A stretch of 64,000 bases of DNA from assembly GCA_964291395.2 (NCBI GenBank), contig OZ219858.1:160001-224000 (forward strand). Reading direction: 5' to 3'. Position numbers and translations under genes: made by a program. This stretch comes from Alphaproteobacteria bacterium. Its GTDB lineage: Bacteria > Pseudomonadota > Alphaproteobacteria > UBA2966. Positions within the stretch are counted from its first letter, which is position 1. Every line of letters begins with the position of its first letter. A model generated the notes under the pieces. It was not told the origin of the DNA, searched no databases, and worked only from the letters and a program-made list of their open reading frames with translations. This document shows, in pieces, positions 20,688-29,417 of this stretch.

Positions 20688-21856
20688 ATGCGAATCCAAA
20701 TTGGGGGTCGGGATCGTGGTCGCCGTTTGCGGATGGCCTACCTGGTCATGACAGGGGAACGCGGTCTGTCCGCCGACAAGCCGATGAGGAGCCTCGACGT
20801 CTCGCGGCTGAGCGCGGAGGAGACGGCCGCGCTGGGCTGGAATCCCAAGGTCTCGACGCGGTGTTCAAGTTCGCTGCATCGTTGAACGGACTCCCTGGCA
20901 ATCGTGACGGGAGGCAAGACCGTCGCGTCGTTCGGCGATCCGGGCAGGGCCTACCGCGGGCAAAGCGCTGGAGCGCGATCGTGGGACAGCACCGAGACCG
21001 GACGCGGAGGGGTCTCCGGCAGACACTCTGGGCGACCTGGATATCGAGTCGCCGCAGCCGCTCACGGCGCTGCAAAAGACGACCACGGTCAGGATCTGCT
21101 GAAGAGCGTCTCGGGCATCAACCGCCCCGCCGCCGCCGAAGGGGGGCTGACCGCCGAGAAGGATCGTCTGCTGGGCAAGGGGGAGAACACGCCTGGCACC
21201 AAGTGGGCCTACAACAACTGGGACTACAATGTCCTGACGACCGTCTTCGAAAGCCGCACGGCGACTGACTGTTGCCGAGGCGTTTCTGAACGGGATCGCC
21301 CGGCCGGTCGGGATGCGATTTCACCGTGGACGCGGTCCGATATCGAGAGGAACCGATAGGTTTCAAGGCATCGCGCGGCCGGGTTCACGATGTCGACGCG
21401 CGACCTTGTCCGGTTCGGTCAACTCTATCTCGATCGGGGTCGGGTCGACGGCCAGCAAGTCATCGCCGCCGAATGGATCGACCGCATCCACGGGGACATG
21501 ACACCGACCGGGCGAAACGATTTGCGATGGGGACATGGCTACCTGTGGTGGGTTCCCGGCCCGGACACTGGCCTTCCCAAGGGCACGTACTGGGCCTGGG
21601 GGCTTGGCAACCAAGCGGTTTTCGTCATACCGGCGTGGGACACGGTCATCGTTCACCGGCGGACACGACGGAATTCAGGAAGCGTTTCTTTCCCTCGATT
21701 GAACAAGGCAAGGATGCGGAAGAGGTACTATTGAAGATGATCCGGAGTTGCAGAAGCAGAGATAATCGAGGGTCCGAATACTGCATTGAGCACCGCCTTA
21801 TCACGCGAAGGGAGTTCGAGGGATTGGTCGCGCGCATAGTCGATGCGCGACTTTAG
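20688..21856 (+). pseudogene. Beta-lactamase-fold serine hydrolase, fragmented by several frameshifts (pseudogene or sequence error)
   Basis: Fragments in different frames: PGTKWAYNNWDYNVL (YxN motif), MSTRDLVRFGQLYLDRGR, GYLWW and AWGLGNQAVFVIP. No SxxK motif could be recovered. Confidence 0.75.
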
Positions 21857-22105
21857 TGTCTGAATCATAATGGTATCAAATAGTTACAGTTACTTGGCTT
21901 GGTGGAAGGCGGCGCATGAGAACGCGGATTGGAGCCAGCCGGAGCGCCACGATGGATCGCTCGAAGTCCTTGGAGAGGCGTCGGCTCCAGTCCCCTTCGT
22001 CCGTTCGTGCGGTTCATCTACCGGAACCGATGTTCGGACCCTCGGCCATGGCCGCGCGGGAACACGGTGTCGAGCATGTCGACGACCGTCGGTGCGACTG
22101 TCCGA

Positions 22106-22264
22106 TCAGGCGCCTTCCGCAAGGCGCCGGCAGACTGCTTCGAGCAAGGCCCTCACCTGTCCGAGGGCCTTGACGCGGTCGAGTGGTCCGGTGCCGACGT
22201 CAGCACCGATATATCGGAACTGAACGGCGTAAGGGGCGTAGTCGATCAATGCGTCAAAGCGCAC
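22106..22264 (-). pseudogene. C-terminal remnant of a HEPN-domain protein
   Basis: VRFDALIDYAPYAVQFRY...PLDRVKALGQVRALLEAVCRRL* resembles the PYAVxxRY plus final helix of MNT-associated HEPN proteins. The N-terminal half is absent. Confidence 0.5.
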
Positions 22265-22327
22265 CGCATCCGGGTCCGGGCAGGTGCCGTCTGGACCCGA
22301 TCGGAACGCCTGACTTAAGTTTGCGCC

Positions 22328-22918
22328 ATGCCCTCCAAAACCGGCACCGGCGACCCTCCGGGCAGCGCCGAAAACTTTGCCCTCCGAACCCCCGACGGGG
22401 AGGATCGTCCGCGTCTGGTATGCGATACCTGCGGATTCATCAATTACGTAAACCCGCGTGTCGTCGTGGGTACCGTCTGCGCTTGGCGGGAACGTATCCT
22501 CATGTGCCGGCGTGCCATCGAGCCGAGGACCGGGTTCTGGACGATCCCGGCAGGATATCTCGAAGAAAAGGAAACGGTGATGGATGGGGCCAAACGGGAA
22601 GCCAGGGAGGAAGCGTGCGCGGACGTAGACCTGGACAGCGTTCTCTCCATCTACACCGTTCCCCGCATCAGCCAGGTCCAAATCATCTATCGCGGAACCC
22701 TGCGGTCGCCGGATGTGGCACCGGGGCCGGAGTCCCAAGAGGTAGCCCTGCTGACCTGGGACGAGATTCCGTGGGACGACATCGCGTTTCCCAGCGTCCA
22801 CTGGGCGCTCAATCATTTTCGCGAGGTCAGGGAATTGCGCTCTTTCCCGCCGTTCGCGAATCCGGAGGGCGAAACCGGAGACCGGATACCGGGCGAAACC
22901 CGGCATCCCGGACAATAG
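22328..22918 (+). CDS. NUDIX hydrolase (Nudix_N_2 type, retains CxxC)
   Basis: RLVCDTCGFINYVNP and Nudix box GYLEEKETVMDGAKREAREEA. Confidence 0.92.
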   Translation: MPSKTGTGDPPGSAENFALRTPDGEDRPRLVCDTCGFINYVNPRVVVGTVCAWRERILMCRRAIEPRTGFWTIPAGYLEEKETVMDGAKREAREEACADVDLDSVLSIYTVPRISQVQIIYRGTLRSPDVAPGPESQEVALLTWDEIPWDDIAFPSVHWALNHFREVRELRSFPPFANPEGETGDRIPGETRHPGQ

Positions 22919-22954
22919 GCATCTCCGTCGGAAGCGTGCCGGCGCGACGGCCCG

Positions 22955-23533
22955 TCAGGTGGTATCGCGCTGCTCGGCGTATCGGTGCATCAGCGGCGTC
23001 TGCGCCAGCGCGAACACGACCGTCAGCGGCAGAAACCCGAAAACCTTGAACGTGACCCAGGTGTCGGTGGAGAAATTCCTCCACACGATCTCGTTCACAA
23101 CGGCCATTGCCACGAAAAAGAGCCCCCAGCGAATGGCCAGGAGACGCCAACCCTCGTCACTCAGCGCGACCATGGTGCCGAGCAGCGTCCTGACGTAGTT
23201 CTTGCCGAACGCCATTCCCCCGAAGATCGCCGCCGCGAACAGCACGTTGACGATGGTGGGCTTGAGCTTGATGAATATCTCGTCCTGGAGATAGAGCGTC
23301 AAACCGCCGAACACGAGCACGATCAGCCCCGACACGAGGGGCAACGTGGGAATGTGCCGGGCCGCAGCGTAGGCCACACCGAGCGACACGACGATGGCGC
23401 CCATGAACACGCCGGTCGCGGCGAAGATCCCGTAACCCGCGTTGACGGCGAAAAAGACGAGCAGCGGCCCCATCTCGATCCCAAGCCGGAGGACCGGATT
23501 CATCGCCTGATATCGATTGGCCTGAGTGGTCAT
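22955..23533 (-). CDS. ispZ: Intracellular septation protein A (YciB/IspZ)
   Basis: EMGPLLVFF, FIKLKPTI, NEIVWR and WVTFKVFG. Start at 23533 or 23503. Confidence 0.93.
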   Translation of the reverse strand: MTTQANRYQAMNPVLRLGIEMGPLLVFFAVNAGYGIFAATGVFMGAIVVSLGVAYAAARHIPTLPLVSGLIVLVFGGLTLYLQDEIFIKLKPTIVNVLFAAAIFGGMAFGKNYVRTLLGTMVALSDEGWRLLAIRWGLFFVAMAVVNEIVWRNFSTDTWVTFKVFGFLPLTVVFALAQTPLMHRYAEQRDTT

Positions 23534-23896
23534 GGGCGGTGCGTTGCGGATCTCGGAGACGTGCGCGACCTGGGATCGCGGCATAACGTGGGCGCGCGCA
23601 CCGAAATGGTCAAGGCCTGCCGCGGCGCACACACGTGCAGATGAAGCGTGAATGCCGACGCGCCTATGCTGAAACTCCGGACTGATGGAGCCGGAGCAAT
23701 TCGATATTCCGAAACTGGGTGCCCGAGGGCAATCGGGGCGCGGCGTTTTCCTTCGCCCCGATGCTCCGGCGCCACGCCGGCAAGATCGATCACGGCGCCG
23801 CGCTCGTTCAGATAGATCCCGTCGTCAACGGCATATGACAAGCGACACACGGGAATTTGGATTCCCTGTCCGCGCGCGCCCCGCCATAGTGTGCGC

Positions 23897-24658
23897 ATGC
23901 GGACGCCGCAGATCGCACTGTACACGGACTTCGGATTCGACGGGCCCTACGTCGGCCAGCTGAAGTCCGTCATCAGCCGTCTCGCGCCGGAAGTTCCGGT
24001 CATCGATCTGATGCACGACGTACCCTCGCACGACGTCAAGTCGGCGGCCTACCTCCTTGCCGCTCTGGTTGGCGAGTTTCCGGTGGGCACGGTCTTCGCC
24101 GCCATCGTCGATCCCGGGGTCGGCAGCGACGAGCGCGAACCCGTCGTCGTCAAGGCCGAAGGACGATGGTTCGTCGGGCCGGGAAACGGATTGTTCTCGT
24201 CGGTCGTCGGGCAGGCCGCCTCGGCCGAGGCCTGGACGGTCGCCTGGCGGCCGGAGCGCGTCTCCCCCAGTTTCCACGGCCGCGACATCTTCGCCCCGGC
24301 CGCGGCACGGATCGCGCTCGGGCAGCACAGGCCAGGCCGGACCTGCGAACTGTCCAATGCCGTCAATCTGGAATGGCCCCTGGATCTGGCACGGGTCATC
24401 TACATCGACCGGTTCGGCAATGCCGTCACCGGCGTACGCGCCAAGACGGTCGCGGAGGACGCCGTCATCGAGTTCGGCGGCAGGACGCTGCCGCGGGCCT
24501 TCACGTTCGCGGACGTGCCGGAGGGATCCGCGATGTGGTACGAGAATTCGAACGGACTGGTTGAAATCGCCGTCAATCGCGGCCGCGCCGACCGGGAACT
24601 CGGCCTTGCCGTCGGCAGCGACATCCCGATTCGAAGCACCGACAGCGGGTGCCTCTAG
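23897..24658 (+). CDS. SAM hydroxide adenosyltransferase (DUF62, chlorinase/fluorinase superfamily)
   Basis: TDFG..GPYVG, VDPGVGSDER, SFHGRDIFAP, IDRFGN and EIAVNRG. Confidence 0.92.
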   Translation: MRTPQIALYTDFGFDGPYVGQLKSVISRLAPEVPVIDLMHDVPSHDVKSAAYLLAALVGEFPVGTVFAAIVDPGVGSDEREPVVVKAEGRWFVGPGNGLFSSVVGQAASAEAWTVAWRPERVSPSFHGRDIFAPAAARIALGQHRPGRTCELSNAVNLEWPLDLARVIYIDRFGNAVTGVRAKTVAEDAVIEFGGRTLPRAFTFADVPEGSAMWYENSNGLVEIAVNRGRADRELGLAVGSDIPIRSTDSGCL

Positions 24659-25548
24659 AGCAACGCCGCCTTCTCCTTCCTCGCCGTCTCGGTTCCCGTG
24701 AACCAATCGCAGATCTCCTCCCCCGGCATGAAAATCGTGTCGGGGCGTTCCAGGAGATAGTCCAGCATCCGCCCCACCCAATGGGCGCGGTGAGCCTGAC
24801 CCATGAGGTAGTGGTGATAGGACATCGACAGGACTCGCGGGGATTCTCCGAGCTCCGGTTCAAGGCCCGCCACCATGTCACGCATCCGGTTGTACTGTTC
24901 GTCGGGGCCGTGCTGGCCGATGTGATAGACGTAGGCGTCGTTGAGCTCGGCCGTGTAGGGCACCACGACAACCGGCCCCGATCGGGTGGACATCCAGACC
25001 GGCAGATCGTCGATCACGCCCCAATCGGAGATGTACTCGACACCCGCGGCCTTGAGCAGTTCGGGCGTACGGGTGGACTCCTTCAACCCAGGACCGATCC
25101 AACCGCGCACCGGCCGGCCCGTGAACGACCGGATCCGTTCCAGGGAGACGTTGATGATCTCTTCCTCGTCATCCTCCGTCATGGAACGCTGAAACTTGCC
25201 GTGACCCTGAAATTCCCAGCCGGCCTCGAGGATGGCCTCGGCCACGTCCGGATACGCGTCGATCACGTCGGAGTTGATGCAGGCGACGGCCCGCACGCCG
25301 CGCTCTGTCAACGTGCGGATGAGGCGCGGGATGCCGCAGCGCATGCCGTATTCCATCCAGGCATAGTTAACGAGATCGGGGACAGGATCGATGCCGTGGG
25401 GGTTGGCGAGTATCTTTCGGGGTATCGGCTGGTCGTAGCGAAATATCTCGACCGCGACCACGATCTGGACGATCAACGGCTTGCCGTCCGGCGGCGGAAG
25501 ACGGCCTCTCCTCGGAGCATACTGAAACGGGATGCGCGGGTTCACCAT
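24655..25548 (-). CDS. Polysaccharide deacetylase family protein (PuuE/allantoinase-like)
   Basis: NYAWMEYGMRCGIPR, WEFQGHG, RGWIGPG, DDLPVW and YHHYLMGQAHR. Confidence 0.85.
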   Translation of the reverse strand: MVNPRIPFQYAPRRGRLPPPDGKPLIVQIVVAVEIFRYDQPIPRKILANPHGIDPVPDLVNYAWMEYGMRCGIPRLIRTLTERGVRAVACINSDVIDAYPDVAEAILEAGWEFQGHGKFQRSMTEDDEEEIINVSLERIRSFTGRPVRGWIGPGLKESTRTPELLKAAGVEYISDWGVIDDLPVWMSTRSGPVVVVPYTAELNDAYVYHIGQHGPDEQYNRMRDMVAGLEPELGESPRVLSMSYHHYLMGQAHRAHWVGRMLDYLLERPDTIFMPGEEICDWFTGTETARKEKAALL

Positions 25549-25745
25549 TTGACGGGCGCCTCGATCGTTCACCTGGCCCGGGGTTCAGTATGGCGGCGGA
25601 ACGGTCCGTGGAAACGCCTCGCCCCGGCCGGCCGGCGCCGGTCCAGGCGGCCCCGGCAGGGACGGCGGGACGCACCGACCGCAATTATCGAGCGCCAAAC
25701 CATCAAGGACGATCGCGCAATGGATGCGGCGGACTGCATCCGCGT

Positions 25746-26213
25746 TCACAGGATCTCGTAGATCTCGTAGCCGGGTCCTTCCCCGGTCCGGTCCCCGATC
25801 CCCACCGCGATGATGGTGTTCATCCAGCCGTACTTGTCCGACGCCGTCTCGAAGAAGGGGGCGATCCGGAAGTAATATTCGGAGGCATCGACGACATCGC
25901 CGTTCAGATGGCGTTGCAAGACCTCTTCGGGACCAAGACGCAGCCCGCGATAGCGCATGCCGATCAAGTGTCCGTCATCGGTTTCCATCGTCAGGCGGAC
26001 GTCGAGCACCGTTGCATTGTCGGGCCGCCGGATCAGCCAATCGCTGCCGAACACGATCCGGCCCCGAAGGCGGTCTCCGTCGAAGCGACCACCGGGAACC
26101 GGCATGACCCAACGGCGGCCGAGCGGCGTGTCCCCATATTCAAGCGGCCCCAACGGCGGTTCGGGCGGCCGAATACGGAAGGTCATCAAATGGCGTGTCT
26201 TGATCTCGGGCAT
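25746..26213 (-). CDS. DUF3237 domain protein
   Basis: GDTPLGRR..PVPGGRF, GSDW, LDVRLTMETDDG, YYFRIAPFFETAS..YGWMN. Confidence 0.9.
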   Translation of the reverse strand: MPEIKTRHLMTFRIRPPEPPLGPLEYGDTPLGRRWVMPVPGGRFDGDRLRGRIVFGSDWLIRRPDNATVLDVRLTMETDDGHLIGMRYRGLRLGPEEVLQRHLNGDVVDASEYYFRIAPFFETASDKYGWMNTIIAVGIGDRTGEGPGYEIYEIL

Positions 26214-26337
26214 CGTCTCTCCCGCCCCGCGGATGAATATCAGCGTAGAGCATCGTCCCCGTCGACACCATGCTGGACCCAACCGGAGCCGCGCCCTACA
26301 GTCGGCCGCATTCGAAGCACGAGGGGGCGCCGAGTAG

Positions 26338-27393
26338 TTGCCGGACCAGAAAGTTGCCCTTGTGATCGGCGCCACCGGAATTGTCGGTGGCAACACGATC
26401 CAGCACCTCGACGCCAAAGACGATTGGCAGGTCGTCGGCCTGTCCCGACGCCGGCCCTACTACGAATCGACGGCAACCTTCATTTCCGTGGATCTCGGCG
26501 ATGCCGCCGAATGCCGGACCAGGCTCGCCGGCCTCGACCGGGTTACCCACGTGTTCTTCGCCGGTTACACGGACCGACCTTCCTGGGCGGAGCAGGATGC
26601 TCCCAACCTCGCGCTCCTCGTCAATCCCCTGGAGGTCATCGAGCCAATCGCGACCGGCCTCGAGCACGTCTGCTCGCTTCAAGGAACCAAGGCCTATGGA
26701 TCACACCTCGGCGCCTTCAAGTCACCCGCGAAGGAGAGCGACCCCCGGCACATGCCACCCAATTTCTATTACAGCCAGCAGGACTATCTGATCGAGAAGT
26801 CGAAGGGAAAGAGTTGGTCGTGGTCGTGCATACGCCCGCACGCGGTGTGCGGACACGCGGTGGGGATTCCCATGAATCTGGTCTCGTGCATCGCGGTTTA
26901 CGCCACCATCTCGAAGGAGCTGGGGCTGCCGTTGCGATTTCCGGGCAGCCCGATCACCTACCGCTCCATGTACATGGCCACGGAAGCGGGCTTGTTGGCG
27001 CGTGCCATGGAATGGGCCGCGACGACGCCCGCCTGCGCCGATCAGGCCTTCAACGTCGTCAACGGCGATTACGTGCGCTTCGAACACATGTGGCCGAAGT
27101 TCGCCGAGTTCTTCGGCATGGAACCGGGACCGCTTCAGCGCATCGACCTGCCGCTGATGATGGCCGACAAGGCGCCGCTCTGGGACGAAATCGTGCGCAA
27201 GTACGATCTCGTCCCCAACGCCTACGAGGACATGGCTCACTGGCCATTCGCCCAGTACATCTTCAACAACGAATGGGACATGATGTCGGACGTGACGAAG
27301 TGCCGGGAATTCGGTTTCCTGGACTTCGTCGATACCGAGCAGATGTTCCTGGATCAATTCGCTGAGCTTCGGGCCAACCGGATCATCCCTTAA
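26338..27393 (+). CDS. PRISE-type atypical SDR (progesterone 5-beta-reductase/iridoid synthase-like), copy 1
   Basis: GATGIVG, GLSRR, QGTKAYG, PNFYYSQQD, WSCIRP, LPLRFPG, AFNVVNGD, ending in RIIP. TTG start. Confidence 0.88.
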   Translation: MPDQKVALVIGATGIVGGNTIQHLDAKDDWQVVGLSRRRPYYESTATFISVDLGDAAECRTRLAGLDRVTHVFFAGYTDRPSWAEQDAPNLALLVNPLEVIEPIATGLEHVCSLQGTKAYGSHLGAFKSPAKESDPRHMPPNFYYSQQDYLIEKSKGKSWSWSCIRPHAVCGHAVGIPMNLVSCIAVYATISKELGLPLRFPGSPITYRSMYMATEAGLLARAMEWAATTPACADQAFNVVNGDYVRFEHMWPKFAEFFGMEPGPLQRIDLPLMMADKAPLWDEIVRKYDLVPNAYEDMAHWPFAQYIFNNEWDMMSDVTKCREFGFLDFVDTEQMFLDQFAELRANRIIP

Positions 27394-27426
27394 GCTTCGG
27401 GCGACCCCTCCGGGAGGACGACTGTC

Positions 27427-28482
27427 ATGACGGATCGCAATACCGCGCTCGTGTTCGGCGCCAGCGGTATCATCGGGCGGGGATTCCTCCGGCATCTCGA
27501 CGGTCTCAACGATTGGGACATCATCGGGGTCATGCGCAACCCTCCCGAATTCGAGACGCGGGCCGAGCACCTGCCTGTCGATCTGACAGACCGCGGCGAC
27601 TGTCTGGCGGGGCTGAAGGACGTGCCGCAGGTGACGCACGTGTTCTACACCGCCTACAAGGACTACCCGACGTGGGAGGAAGCCGCGGAACCCAATACCG
27701 AGATGTTCAGGAACGCGATGGACGGCCTGATTCGGAACGCGCCCAACCTCCGGCACGTACAGATTATGCAGGGCGCGAAGTATTACGGCCGTCACCTGGG
27801 CCGCTACAAAACCCCGTCCCGGGAGGACGACCCTCGACACATGCCGCCAAGCCTCTATTTCGGTCAGGAGGATTGCCTACGCGAACTCCAAGAAGGCCAG
27901 CCCTGGACATGGTCGGCGGTACGCCCTCAGGCCGTATGCGGCCTCTCGATCGGCAATCCGCTGAACCTCACGTCGGTCGTGGCCGTCTATGCCGTCATCT
28001 CCAAGGAACTCGGCCTGCCGTTGCGGTGGCCCGGCAAACCAGCGGCCTATCACACCATCTACCAGGTCACCGACAGCGGACTCCTGGGGAAATCGATGGT
28101 CTGGGCAGCAACGACACCGGCGTGCGCCAACGAGGCTTTCAATATCGCCAACGGCGACGTATTCCGCTGGGACCACATGTGGGAGCGCATCGCAGACTAC
28201 TTCGGCATGACGGTCGCCCCGCCACAGCAGATCGACCTCGCCATGATGATGGCGGACAAAGAGCCGCTCTGGAACGAGATCGTCGAAAAACACGACTTGG
28301 CGGCCACGCCGTTCGAAAAGGCCGCAAACTGGGCCTTCGGGGACTACGCCTTCGGCTCCGACTGGGACGTCTGCATGGATACCACCAAATGCCGGCGGGC
28401 CGGGTTCCTCGACTTCGTAGACACGGAAGAGATGTTCGTCCGCCAATTCGACGAGCTGCGCGCGGCGAGGATCATTCCCTAA
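27427..28482 (+). CDS. PRISE-type atypical SDR, copy 2
   Basis: GASGIIG, QGAKYYG, PSLYFGQED, WSAVRP, LPLRWPG, AFNIANGD, ending in RIIP. GGAGGA RBS. Confidence 0.88.
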   Translation: MTDRNTALVFGASGIIGRGFLRHLDGLNDWDIIGVMRNPPEFETRAEHLPVDLTDRGDCLAGLKDVPQVTHVFYTAYKDYPTWEEAAEPNTEMFRNAMDGLIRNAPNLRHVQIMQGAKYYGRHLGRYKTPSREDDPRHMPPSLYFGQEDCLRELQEGQPWTWSAVRPQAVCGLSIGNPLNLTSVVAVYAVISKELGLPLRWPGKPAAYHTIYQVTDSGLLGKSMVWAATTPACANEAFNIANGDVFRWDHMWERIADYFGMTVAPPQQIDLAMMMADKEPLWNEIVEKHDLAATPFEKAANWAFGDYAFGSDWDVCMDTTKCRRAGFLDFVDTEEMFVRQFDELRAARIIP

Positions 28483-29417
28483 CCGAGTCCGACGAGCGCC
28501 TCCGCGAATCTCTCGGCCTCGAACGGTTGAAGATCCTCGATCCCTTCTCCGACGCCCACGGCGTGCACCGGCAGACCGAATTTCTCGGCAACGGCCACCA
28601 GCACGCCTCCCCTCGCCGTCCCGTCGAGCTTGGTCATCACGAGTCCCGTGACGTCGCAGATCTCTCGAAAGACCTCGACCTGCCGCAGGGCGTTCTGTCC
28701 CGTGGTCGCGTCGAGGACGAGCAGTACGCTGTGCGGCGCGGAGGCGTCCAGCTTGCCCAACACGCGGACGATCTTCCCCAGTTCGGCCATGAGGTCCGAC
28801 TTGTTGTGCAGGCGCCCGGCCGTATCGATCAAGAGCACGTCAGCATGCCGGGACCGGGCCTGTTGGAACGCGTCATAGGCGAGACCGGCGGCATCGGCGC
28901 CCGGTTGCCGCGCGATAACCTCGGCGCCGGACCGTTCGCCCCAAATCTGAACCTGCTCGATCGCCGCGGCACGGAAGGTATCGCCCGCGGCGATGATCGT
29001 CGAGCACCCCCGGCCCCGAAAATTGTGGGCGAGCTTGCCGATCGTCGCGGTCTTGCCCGTACCGTTGACACCGACAACCAGCACGACGTGCGGCTTGTGC
29101 GATGCATCCACTTCGAAGGGAACCGCCACGGCTTGCAGTATCCTGGTGATCTCTTGCGCGAGAACTTCCCGCACTTCCTCGGACGTGATCTCCTTGTCGA
29201 GACGAGACCGCCCCAGTTCCGCGGTCATGCGGGCCGCGAGGGACACGCCGAGATCCGAGCTGATGAGAAGTTCCTCGAGGGCCTCCAGAGACTCGTCATC
29301 GAGACGACGCTTGGTCAGGATCCCCGCGAGTCCTCCGCTCAGCTCTCCCGCCGACTTTCCAAGGCCCCGTTTGAGGCGCGAAAACCAGCCGGACCGCTCT
29401 CCGTCCCGTTCCGTCAC
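28479..29417 (-). CDS. ftsY: SRP receptor FtsY
   Basis: GVNGTGKT, DTFRAAA, DTAGRL, DATTGQN and TKLDGTARGG. Confidence 0.97.
   Translation of the reverse strand: MTERDGERSGWFSRLKRGLGKSAGELSGGLAGILTKRRLDDESLEALEELLISSDLGVSLAARMTAELGRSRLDKEITSEEVREVLAQEITRILQAVAVPFEVDASHKPHVVLVVGVNGTGKTATIGKLAHNFRGRGCSTIIAAGDTFRAAAIEQVQIWGERSGAEVIARQPGADAAGLAYDAFQQARSRHADVLLIDTAGRLHNKSDLMAELGKIVRVLGKLDASAPHSVLLVLDATTGQNALRQVEVFREICDVTGLVMTKLDGTARGGVLVAVAEKFGLPVHAVGVGEGIEDLQPFEAERFAEALVGLG

Noticed and set aside
18758-21268. Apparent 836-aa CcmI fusion protein
   Set aside because: The N-terminus is out-of-frame ccmH sequence and the C-terminus is read-through caused by frameshifts after ~20460.
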